NCBI GenBank assembly: GCA_044226545.1
Contig: JBGAGW010000003.1
Span: 431,823-495,822 of the forward strand
Length of the DNA: 64,000 bases
DNA from: Limisphaerales bacterium
Lineage (GTDB): Bacteria; Verrucomicrobiota; Verrucomicrobiia; Limisphaerales; SXQI01
Direction: 5' to 3'
A program made the translations under genes and the position numbers. The notes beneath the pieces are model-generated. The model was not told the origin of the DNA. It was given only the letters and a program-made list of their open reading frames with translations, and ran no database searches. Shown here piece by piece: positions 1-8,162 of this stretch (its first letter is position 1; each line of letters opens with the position of its first letter).

Positions 1-1
1 G

Positions 2-451
2 CTTGCCGAAAAGTTTAATAAGTACAGGACACTTGCGAAAGAAAACGGTGACGCGGAAAAGGGCAAAGCGATCTTCACTTCCGTTTGCGCTGTCTGTCAC
101 AGTGTCGGAGGACAAGGGGGCCAGATCGGCCCTGTGCTGAACGGCGCAGCGGCAAATGGCCTGGAGACTTTGCTCCGATCGGTGCTTACGCCGAATGCCG
201 CGATGGAAGCGGGCTATCGGACCTTCCACATCGAACTGAAAGATGGCGACACGCTGGACGGATTTCTTGTCTCGCAAGACAAGGACATGATTTTGCTGCG
301 TCAACCCAACGTGGAGGACCAACGCATTACGAAAGATAAAGTGCGGCAGGCTGGCTTCACGCAAAAAAGCATCATGCCTGAGGGACTTTTGGAGGGAATG
401 CCCGATGACGATGTTCGGAACCTGCTTAGCTTTCTTAAAACCTTGAAATAG
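2..451 (+). CDS. Cytochrome c / heme-binding domain protein, C-terminal part (5' end lies upstream of the window)
   Basis: Frame 2 is open from nt 2 to the TAG at 449-451. The translation ...KGKAIFTSVCAVCHSVGGQGGQIGPVLNG... carries a CxxCH heme-c motif (CAVCH, nt 86-100). The tail resembles the Pirellula/Verrucomicrobium-type putative heme-binding domain. ORF-track entry 134..451 is the same frame read from an internal GTG. Confidence 0.8.
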   Translation, partial: LAEKFNKYRTLAKENGDAEKGKAIFTSVCAVCHSVGGQGGQIGPVLNGAAANGLETLLRSVLTPNAAMEAGYRTFHIELKDGDTLDGFLVSQDKDMILLRQPNVEDQRITKDKVRQAGFTQKSIMPEGLLEGMPDDDVRNLLSFLKTLK

Positions 452-547
452 TTCTAGTCGAGCGCTTTGGAACGCAGCGGCTGCGTACAGTTCCTAGCCC
501 TGTTTCAGGCTCGATAGGGCGGGAAACGGTGCTTAGTTGTATACGTT

Positions 548-1483
548 ATGAAAAAAGGCAACTTAGGAACGATAGCTTTTCTGAGCAGCACGCTGCTCAT
601 CCCGGCTTACGGGGACAAGGTGCAATTCCAGCAACTTCCCCCGGAAGTTCAGTCGCGGATTCGCGCCCAGGTGGGCAAGGGCGAGATCAACGACATTGAT
701 CGAAATGTCGTGAACGGCCAAACCTCTTACGAGGTCGGTTTCAAGGTGAATGGCGGACCCCAGCAAGAGTTGAAACTTGATCAAAACGGGAATTTGCCTG
801 GTTCATCCACGGCTTCAGGCAACACGGCGCTGGACAGCCGCAAGGTCTCGAAATCCGAACTTCCGATGCAGGTGCGGCGGGTCGTCAACTCGAGGCTGCG
901 AGGGATGGAGATCAACGATATTGAGCGCGAAGTAAAAAATGGCCAGGTGAGTTACGGTATTGGTTATAAGCAAGCCGGTGGAGTTGGCCAACAGCAGGAG
1001 TTGGTACTTTCGGAAAACGGCTCCATTATCCGGAGCTCGGCTGGCTGGACCGATTCGAGCTCAACTGCCGGGGTCTATAACAATACACCGGCTTACAACG
1101 GGCCGACCTATTCCACCAGTTCAACGACGAGCAGCGGAGGAACTTCCAGCCGGACGATCAATTATGATGACGTTCCGGCGAACGTGAAAAAGGTCGCCGC
1201 GGCGAACCTAAACCATGGAGCGGTCAAGCACGTTGAACGCCAGGTTCGCAATGGAGAGATTGATTACACGATCGATTTCCTGAAGGACAACGGAGAGTAC
1301 CAGGAGATGGTTATCGCTGAAGACGGGCGGATCATCGCCAATCAGATGCTGCCGAACAGCGGAGTAGGTTCTCCCGCCACCAGCCAAACCGGCAGCTCCT
1401 CTTCCAGCGCCAACCAAAACAACGGCAACTTCCTGAACCGACTGGGCCGCGCTTTGTTCGACCAACAGCAGCCGCAGCAGTAA
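548..1483 (+). CDS. Secreted protein with three PepSY-like repeats and an S/Q-rich tail
   Basis: There is a signal-like N-terminus (MKKGNLGTIAFLSSTLLIPAYG). Three ~55-aa internal repeats are visible: ..EINDIDRNVVNGQTSYEVGFKVNGGPQQELKLDQNGNL, ..EINDIEREVKNGQVSYGIGYKQ..QQELVLSENGSII and ..VKHVERQVRNGEIDYTIDFLKDNGEYQEMVIAEDGRII. A strong intrinsic terminator follows the gene. Confidence 0.75.
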   Translation: MKKGNLGTIAFLSSTLLIPAYGDKVQFQQLPPEVQSRIRAQVGKGEINDIDRNVVNGQTSYEVGFKVNGGPQQELKLDQNGNLPGSSTASGNTALDSRKVSKSELPMQVRRVVNSRLRGMEINDIEREVKNGQVSYGIGYKQAGGVGQQQELVLSENGSIIRSSAGWTDSSSTAGVYNNTPAYNGPTYSTSSTTSSGGTSSRTINYDDVPANVKKVAAANLNHGAVKHVERQVRNGEIDYTIDFLKDNGEYQEMVIAEDGRIIANQMLPNSGVGSPATSQTGSSSSSANQNNGNFLNRLGRALFDQQQPQQ

Positions 1484-1499
1484 ACGGCTTTACGCGTAG

Positions 1500-1540
1500 A
1501 ACGCATTCGCGACGAGGTTGCGAATGCGTTTTCTTTTTTG
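1500..1540 (+). terminator. Rho-independent terminator after the PepSY-repeat gene
   Basis: A perfect 11-bp stem pairs AACGCATTCGC (1500-1510) with GCGAATGCGTT (1520-1530) around a 9-nt loop. It is followed by TTCTTTTTTG (1531-1540). Confidence 0.85.
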
Positions 1541-1579
1541 CAGATTGCGCAGCGCTTAACGATTTGCGACAACGAACTC

Positions 1580-2923
1580 GTGCCCTCCACCCAAAGCGAC
1601 GCCGCGTTTCGCCGCGTAGTGGCCGCCAGTTTCATTGGGACAGTCATTGAGTGGTACGACTTCTATTTGTATGGCACCGCAGCGGCTCTCGTGTTCGAGA
1701 AGCTGTTCTTTCCAACGTTCGATCACTTCACCGGCCAGCTCGCTTCCTTCGCGACGTTCGCCATCGGCTTTTTCGCACGACCACTCGGCGGAGTTTTTTT
1801 CGGTCATTACGGCGACCGCATCGGGCGCAAGGCAATGCTCGTCGCCACGCTGATGCTGATGGGACTATCGACCTTCTGTATCGGAGCCCTGCCTACTTAT
1901 CAGCAGATCGGAGTGGGTGCTCCGATTTTGCTGGTCATTTTGCGGTTCATCCAGGGTTTCGCGGTGGGAGGAGAATGGGGCGGCGCAGTGTTGATGGTGG
2001 TGGAACACGGGAATGACCGCGGCCGCGGATTTTACGGTTCGCTATCGCAATCGGGCACCTCGGTTGGTTTGCTCCTCTCGATCGGCATTTTTTCGCTGAT
2101 GTCGCGACTGCCGGAGGCCAGTTTTCTGTCGTGGGGTTGGCGAATTCCTTTCCTGCTCGGCATCGTTTTGATGATGGTCGGGTTCGTCATTCGCCTGCAG
2201 GTGGAGGAAAGTCCGATCTTCGCGGAGATGCGGGCCAAAGCTGAAAAAGAGCTGCCGCGAAAGACGTGGCCTCTTGTGGAAGCGATCCGGCAGGCACCCG
2301 GGGGGGTGGCGACGATCCTCGGCGCACGAATCGCGGAAAATGCGTGTTCCTATATTTTCACGGTGTTCCTGATCAGCTACGCCACGGAACAGCTCGGCTT
2401 CGCGCGGCAGTCTGTTTTATATGCGGTCATGACCGCATCGACTCTTGGCATTCTGACGATACCGTTGATGGGACATCTATCGGATCGTTTCGGCCGCCGC
2501 CGAGTTTACATAACTGGCGCGACACTGATGGCTTTGAGTGCGTTCCCGTTTTTCGAACTATTGGAAAAGCGAGAGTTGATTTACGTATATTTCGTGATCA
2601 TCGCCTCGTTCAGTATTTACGTGGCAATGATGTTCGCGCCGCAAGCGGCGTTCTTCACTGAGCTTTTCGGGACGAACGTGCGTTACAGTGGAGCGTCGCT
2701 GGGGTACCAGCTTGCTGCGGCGCTCGGGGGAGGACTGGCGCCGGTGATCGCAACGCGTTTACTGAAGGCGACGGATGGCAAACCATGGCCGATCGCGCTG
2801 TATCTGGTTGTGCTCGCGGCGATCGGAACCACTGCGGTCTTCTTCGCGCGTGAAACTTCGCGAACCAGGCTGTGCGCAGAGAAAGAGCACGAACGCGCCG
2901 AAACCCCTTCGGCGCGAGCTTGA
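1580..2923 (+). CDS. MFS transporter, metabolite:H+ symporter (MHS) family (ProP/KgtP/ShiA-like)
   Basis: The protein is multi-TM. The motifs FIGTVIEWYDFYLYGTAAALVF and GHYGDRIGRK are typical of MHS transporters. The ORF-track start at 1538 (TTG) sits inside the upstream terminator T-run, so I prefer the in-frame GTG at 1580. The start remains uncertain. Confidence 0.88.
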   Translation: MPSTQSDAAFRRVVAASFIGTVIEWYDFYLYGTAAALVFEKLFFPTFDHFTGQLASFATFAIGFFARPLGGVFFGHYGDRIGRKAMLVATLMLMGLSTFCIGALPTYQQIGVGAPILLVILRFIQGFAVGGEWGGAVLMVVEHGNDRGRGFYGSLSQSGTSVGLLLSIGIFSLMSRLPEASFLSWGWRIPFLLGIVLMMVGFVIRLQVEESPIFAEMRAKAEKELPRKTWPLVEAIRQAPGGVATILGARIAENACSYIFTVFLISYATEQLGFARQSVLYAVMTASTLGILTIPLMGHLSDRFGRRRVYITGATLMALSAFPFFELLEKRELIYVYFVIIASFSIYVAMMFAPQAAFFTELFGTNVRYSGASLGYQLAAALGGGLAPVIATRLLKATDGKPWPIALYLVVLAAIGTTAVFFARETSRTRLCAEKEHERAETPSARA

Positions 2924-4729
2924 TCACTTCTGGCGAACAAACTCCTGGTAGAGCTTGCTGTAAATTCCGGCTGCAGCCAAAAGTTGGTCATGAGTTCCGC
3001 GCTCAACGATTTCGCCGTGGCTTAACACGAGAATAAGATGTGCGTGCCGCACTGTTGAGAGCCGGTGCGCGATGACGAAGCTGGTGCGCTTCTCGAAGAG
3101 CCGATCCAGCGCGTGCTGGATGATCACTTCCGTTCCCGGATCCACCGCGCTGGTCGCCTCATCCAGAATCAGGATGCGCGGAGTGGCTGCCATCGCCCGC
3201 GTGAAGGTCAGCAATTGCCTCTCGCCAGCGCTGAAGTTATTTCCACGTTCGGTGACTGCGGTTTGGTATCCATCCTTTAGACGCATGATGATGTCGTGCG
3301 TGCCCAAAGTCTTCGCGGCGGCGATCACATCGTCATCTGTCGCGTTGGGCCGGCCGAACTTCAAATTTTCCATTACCGTTCCGGTGAAAAGAAAATTCTC
3401 CTGCGTCACGATTCCGATTTGAGCGCGGAGCGATTCAATGGTTGTGTCCGCTAAATCACGCCCGTCAACGATTATTCGGCCCTGTTGGGGCTCGTAGAAT
3501 CGCGCCAACAAACTGACAATGCTTGTCTTGCCAGAGCCCGTCTCGCCCACCAGCGCGACGGTTTGGCCAGGCTCCACGTGGAAGGAAATGTTCTTCAGGA
3601 CCCATTGGTCTTCTGGCGTGGTGTCGTAGCGGAAAAAGAGATGCTCGAAAGAGATCCGTCCGTCGATGCGAGGGAGTTCGATGGAGCTGGGGCGGTTGAT
3701 CACCTGCGGTTTTGTATCGAGCAAGTGAAAAATTCGTTCGGCGCTGGCCGCGGTCGATAACAGAGAGTTATATAAATCGCCCATCGTCTGGATCGGCCCG
3801 AAGAACATGCTTAAATAGAGGACGAAGGCAGCCAACTCACCGACGGTAATTGATCCGTTGATGACCAGCGTGCTGCCGTAACCCAGAATGATCGTTGTGG
3901 CAATTCCTGAAACGAGGCCAACAAACGGCAAGTAGGTGTGGAATATTTTGGAGGCGACCAACGCTCGCTCCGCATACCCCTCGTTCAATTCATCAAATCG
4001 TTGCAGATTAAGATCTTCACGACCAAATGCCTGCACCACCCGCACGCCACTAATATTTTCGGCGAGCGCGGCGGTGATCCGCGAAGCCTGTTCTCGCATC
4101 TTGCGGTAGGCCAGCATCGCATGCTTTTGGAAAAGGTGCGTCGCTATGGCCAGCGGTGGCAGGACCACCGAAACAGCAAGGCACAGGCGCCAGTCGTATT
4201 GCACCATCAGCACGATCACCCCGAAAAAGGTAAACGCACTTGCGATCAACTGATTTGCGCCCCAGGTCAGGATGCGGTCGAGCGCGTCGATATCCGTGTC
4301 CGCCCGGCTGATAATTCGCCCCTGATGCGTTCGGTCAAAGAAACTGAGGGAGAGCCGCTGAATGTGTTCAAACACAGCCAGGCGCATGTCATTCATTGCC
4401 TGCTGGCCCACCCTAATTGCGCTCTTCACTTGAAACACCGACAACAACCAGCCCAGCAATAAATTCCCGAGATAAATAACGCTGATCAGAAGAATCCCGC
4501 GCATCGCCACCTGCGTGCTCGTGAAATTCGCGAGATACTTATCGATGCCGAGTTGAATAAATTTCGGTCCGAGCAACTGCGAAATCGTGGCCAGAAGCGT
4601 GAAGATTAGATTAACAAGGAAGATGCGCCTATACGGTTGGACATATTGAACGAGCCGAAAGAAAGTGGTCTTGGTCATTCGCTTTTGCGCGAATGCCTCC
4701 TCGATCATGATATGGTCGTCCTTCGCCAA
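2924..4729 (-). CDS. ABC transporter, fused permease/ATP-binding exporter (MsbA/multidrug-type)
   Basis: The 601-aa protein has an N-terminal 6-TM exporter domain. It carries Walker A GETGSGKTS, signature FSAGERQLL and Walker B ILILDEATSAVD. Confidence 0.95.
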   Translation of the reverse strand: MAKDDHIMIEEAFAQKRMTKTTFFRLVQYVQPYRRIFLVNLIFTLLATISQLLGPKFIQLGIDKYLANFTSTQVAMRGILLISVIYLGNLLLGWLLSVFQVKSAIRVGQQAMNDMRLAVFEHIQRLSLSFFDRTHQGRIISRADTDIDALDRILTWGANQLIASAFTFFGVIVLMVQYDWRLCLAVSVVLPPLAIATHLFQKHAMLAYRKMREQASRITAALAENISGVRVVQAFGREDLNLQRFDELNEGYAERALVASKIFHTYLPFVGLVSGIATTIILGYGSTLVINGSITVGELAAFVLYLSMFFGPIQTMGDLYNSLLSTAASAERIFHLLDTKPQVINRPSSIELPRIDGRISFEHLFFRYDTTPEDQWVLKNISFHVEPGQTVALVGETGSGKTSIVSLLARFYEPQQGRIIVDGRDLADTTIESLRAQIGIVTQENFLFTGTVMENLKFGRPNATDDDVIAAAKTLGTHDIIMRLKDGYQTAVTERGNNFSAGERQLLTFTRAMAATPRILILDEATSAVDPGTEVIIQHALDRLFEKRTSFVIAHRLSTVRHAHLILVLSHGEIVERGTHDQLLAAAGIYSKLYQEFVRQK

Positions 4730-4761
4730 GCAGAAGGCTATATTTGCCGGTCAGGCCACGA

Positions 4762-5337
4762 TTACTTGCCCGGCGCAGGAAGAAAATCCATCGCTCGGAG
4801 TTCCAAATTCGGTATACCCAGCGCCCGCAAAACCTCTTTCTCCGCCAGCCGAACATGGGAACTGTATCCATTTGAACCCGGCTCGCGATAAACGTCCACC
4901 ATGCGATTCTCAGCACGAACCAACCAATACTCAGGGATTCCGGCTTCCGCGTAGAGTTCAGCCTTTGTCTGATCCAGGACAAGACTGCTGATCGAGATTT
5001 CAACCACCAATTCCGCTCGCCGCGGATGCTCGTGAAGCCAGTCCTCAGGCGAGCCGCGAACGACCGAGATATCCGGTTCAGGCTCAGAATCAGCAAAGGT
5101 CAGAGGCGCTCCCAATCGCACGACATAATCTTTCGGCACCATCCGCATGAGCAGAGTCGCTAATTTTTGCAAAACGAATTCGTGCAAAGGTGATTTGGAC
5201 ATTTTATCAACAATAAGCCCCCGCAGCAGTTCGACCTTTTCAGCTATGATTCCAAGCTCCCCCAAACGATGATATTCGACCACCGACATGCGGTGAAGTC
5301 GCTCTCGAACCCCCGGCAGCTCAAGTATCGCACTCAT
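4762..5337 (-). CDS. Uma2-family (DUF820) putative endonuclease
   Basis: MSVVEYHRLGELGII...PEPDISVV...AELVVEISISS...KAELYAEAGIPEYWLV matches the Uma2/DUF820 pattern. I take the start at MSAILELPG (ATG at 5335-5337) rather than the ORF maximum at 5373. Confidence 0.8.
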   Translation of the reverse strand: MSAILELPGVRERLHRMSVVEYHRLGELGIIAEKVELLRGLIVDKMSKSPLHEFVLQKLATLLMRMVPKDYVVRLGAPLTFADSEPEPDISVVRGSPEDWLHEHPRRAELVVEISISSLVLDQTKAELYAEAGIPEYWLVRAENRMVDVYREPGSNGYSSHVRLAEKEVLRALGIPNLELRAMDFLPAPGK

Positions 5338-5422
5338 TAGGTTAATCCTACTGTGAGCGCTCAATCGCATCAAACCAACGATTTTGTTTTACGCTGCTGT
5401 TCCGATCGGCTTAAACGGCGGA

Positions 5423-6964
5423 ATGCGAACCCTGCTGTTTCCGGTCGTCTTCGGCTGGTTGCTTTTTGTCCAAGAGACTTCTGGCGCGACCCGTCCAAAC
5501 ATCGTCTTCATCATGACGGACGATCACGCTGCGCACGCGATCAGCGCCTACGGCAGCGCGGTGAACCAAACCCCCAATCTGGATCGAATCGCCAAAGAAG
5601 GAGTTCGCCTCAATCGATGTTTCGCGGTTAATTCCATCTGCACGCCGAGCCGTGCGAGCATTCTTACGGGGAAATACTCGCACTTGAATGGCGTGCCTGT
5701 TTTCAATCGTTTCGACGGATCGCAACCCACCGTCGCAAAATATCTCCAGGGCGCCGGGTATTACACTGGCATGATCGGAAAATGGCATCTCGGCAGCGAT
5801 CCAACGGGCTTCGACAAATGGATGGTTCTTCCCGGTCAGGGTGACTACTTCAATCCCGCGTTCCTGGTTCCGGAAGGACGCAAGACGATCAAGGGTTACG
5901 CCACAGATATCATCACCGATCTGGCGATCGACTTCCTGAGTAACCGCCCGGCAGATAAGCCGTTCTTTTTGATGTGCCATCACAAAGCGCCGCATCGTCC
6001 ATGGCAACCGGACGCAAAGCATGAGGCGCAATTTCGCGACCGACTCATTCCAGAACCCGCCACCTTGCGCGACGATTACTCCACCCGGACCGACGCGCTC
6101 CACGAAAACCGTCAGCGTGTGTTTCAGGATTTGACTCGCCGTGATCTCAAGCTGCAACCGCCCGGCGATCTCACCGGCGCCGCACGGAACAAATGGCTTG
6201 ATACTGCTCCGACGGAAGTCGAGATCACTGTCAACGGCCAAAAGAAGATCCTCGCCGGGGAAGAACTGAACAAATGGAAGTACCAGCGTTACATGCAGGA
6301 TTACCTTGCCTGCGTCCAATCGGTCGATGACAACGTGGGACGACTGCTCGACTGGCTCGATACGCACGGCTTGCGCGAAAATACTCTGGTCATCTACACC
6401 AGCGACCAGGGGTTCTTCCTCGGTGATCACGGCCTCTTCGACAAACGTTTCATGTATGAGCCTTCCATTAAAATGCCCTTCCTCGCGCGCTGGCCGGGCA
6501 TCATTCCTCCCGGCTCTGTCGACAATTCTTTGGCGCTAAACGTCGATTTCGCCGAGACATTTCTGGAAGCGGCGAACGCCTCCATCCCCGACGATATGCA
6601 AGGCCACAGTCTCCTTCCGCTCCTTCGAAGCGAACATCCCACAGAGTGGCGGACCAGCTTTTACTACCGCTACTACCACGATCCCGGCCACCACAACACC
6701 CGCGCCCATTATGGCGTTCGGACCGAAACACACAAACTCATCTACTATTGGAAGAAAGATCAATGGGAGCTGTTCGACCTCCGCACTGGTCCAGACGAAC
6801 TGCACAACATCTACAGCCTACCCGAGCAGCAAGCGGTAGTTACTCGCCTGAAAGCCGAACTTAATCGCTTAAAAAAGGAAGTGCGCGACAACGATCAATT
6901 CGCAACGGAGTTGCCGGCAGATGGCGTCGATGGCCCCTTCCCGGACAAAAAACCGATTCCTTAG
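5423..6964 (+). CDS. Sulfatase (arylsulfatase / N-acetylglucosamine-6-sulfatase-like), secreted
   Basis: A signal peptide (MRTLLFPVVFGWLLFVQETSGA) is followed by PNIVFIMTDD and the formylglycine signature CTPSRASILTG. The ATG at 5423 is preferred over the TTG at 5384. Confidence 0.95.
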   Translation: MRTLLFPVVFGWLLFVQETSGATRPNIVFIMTDDHAAHAISAYGSAVNQTPNLDRIAKEGVRLNRCFAVNSICTPSRASILTGKYSHLNGVPVFNRFDGSQPTVAKYLQGAGYYTGMIGKWHLGSDPTGFDKWMVLPGQGDYFNPAFLVPEGRKTIKGYATDIITDLAIDFLSNRPADKPFFLMCHHKAPHRPWQPDAKHEAQFRDRLIPEPATLRDDYSTRTDALHENRQRVFQDLTRRDLKLQPPGDLTGAARNKWLDTAPTEVEITVNGQKKILAGEELNKWKYQRYMQDYLACVQSVDDNVGRLLDWLDTHGLRENTLVIYTSDQGFFLGDHGLFDKRFMYEPSIKMPFLARWPGIIPPGSVDNSLALNVDFAETFLEAANASIPDDMQGHSLLPLLRSEHPTEWRTSFYYRYYHDPGHHNTRAHYGVRTETHKLIYYWKKDQWELFDLRTGPDELHNIYSLPEQQAVVTRLKAELNRLKKEVRDNDQFATELPADGVDGPFPDKKPIP

Positions 6965-6996
6965 ATCGAGCTGGCATCAGGCAGAATTGGTGGCCA

Positions 6997-7125
6997 TTAA
7001 CCTAACCCCTTAACGCGCCAATGCGTCATGGTTTTAAAAATGAAATAGGCCGACCCGCCCATGATCGCCAGGAACATCAGGACGAGCAGCGCGTTGACGA
7101 TTCGGTCCTTGGTTTTGGCGCGCAT
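6997..7125 (-). CDS. Possible 42-aa single-TM small protein (below the ORF-track cutoff)
   Basis: Read by hand as MRAKTKDRIVNALLVLMFLAIMGGSAYFIFKTMTHWRVKGLG*. It has a basic N-terminus and one clean hydrophobic helix, and lies 100 nt downstream of the co-oriented PEP-mutase-family gene. There is no clear Shine-Dalgarno sequence and no homology evidence. Confidence 0.25.
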   Translation of the reverse strand: MRAKTKDRIVNALLVLMFLAIMGGSAYFIFKTMTHWRVKGLG

Positions 7126-7225
7126 TTTCACGGTAATTTACCCAGCCGATCTCTTTTGTTTTGCGCGCGGACTCCAACCGTTGCGCAAGATTCATGCTCC
7201 AGAAAAGCAGATATTCGTCAATCAA

Positions 7226-8050
7226 CTATTCGGGAAAGAAGCGGCTCAACTCCGGGGTAGTCATAATACGATCGACAAAAGTGAACTTGCCCTTGTTCCG
7301 TGCTTCTTCAGCAGCCTCCGCCAGCCCACTCACTGCCGCGCGGTAAAGCGACGCGCCGAAACTGATGCGTTTCACTCCAGCCGCGATCAGCTCTTCAACT
7401 GTGAACGAGCGGCCACGCGCGCCCACCACAAAATTAACAGGCTTCGAAACAGCAGAGCACACCGCCCGCACCGCCGCCAGATCCGGCAAGCCGGGCGCAA
7501 AGAGCACGTCGGCGCCCGCCTGTTCGAACGCCACCAGACGCTTGATCGTGTCATCCAGATCTGGATTGCCTCGCAAGAAATTCTCGGCCCGCGCCGCGAA
7601 CATGAACGGAAACGGCAGCGACCGTGCCGCCTCCACGCTCGCCACGATGCGCTCCGTCGCGAGCGCGATATCGTAAATCGGCTTTTCATTATCGGCACGC
7701 GCGTCCTCAATTGAACCGCCGACCAGGCCAACCTCCGCCGCCCGGAGAATTGCTTCCGCCGCCATGGATGGACTATCACCAAAGCCATGCTCCAGGTCTG
7801 CTGCGACCGGAAGATCCGTCGCCTCGACAATCAGTCGCGCATTCTCCAGCGACTCCGCCTGCGTGATCCGGCCATCCCGCCTCCCCAAAACCCCTGCGGC
7901 CGCAGCGCTCGATGTGGCAAACGCCTCGAACCCCAGTCCGGCGAGCAAACGAGCTGAGCCGGCATCCCATGGATTCGGGATCAAAAAGGCGCCGGGCCTT
8001 CGATGCAGTTCCTGAAATCGCAGGGCCTTCTCCTGTTGTGTGGCAACCAT
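7226..8050 (-). CDS. Isocitrate lyase / PEP mutase family protein (2-methylisocitrate lyase-like)
   Basis: The call rests on ALRFQELHRRPGAFLIPNPWDAGSARLLAGLGFEAFATSS...DLPVAADLEHGFG. I chose the start at MVATQQEK (ATG 8048-8050); the longest ORF extends to 8146. Confidence 0.85.
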   Translation of the reverse strand: MVATQQEKALRFQELHRRPGAFLIPNPWDAGSARLLAGLGFEAFATSSAAAAGVLGRRDGRITQAESLENARLIVEATDLPVAADLEHGFGDSPSMAAEAILRAAEVGLVGGSIEDARADNEKPIYDIALATERIVASVEAARSLPFPFMFAARAENFLRGNPDLDDTIKRLVAFEQAGADVLFAPGLPDLAAVRAVCSAVSKPVNFVVGARGRSFTVEELIAAGVKRISFGASLYRAAVSGLAEAAEEARNKGKFTFVDRIMTTPELSRFFPE

Positions 8051-8162
8051 ATTTCGGTTTGATGTTGATCGATTTGCGGGAACAGACAACTGGCAATTGT
8101 CTTGAGCGACTCGACGGTAAAAAGGAGAGACGTCGATCAGCGGCAAGGCTAACTTTGCCGCT

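Noticed and set aside
5411-6430. 339-aa ORF on the minus strand
   Set aside because: It is fully antisense to the sulfatase gene, which has an unmistakable CTPSR signature. The translation is Arg/Gly/Ala-rich shadow sequence typical of a GC-rich antisense frame.
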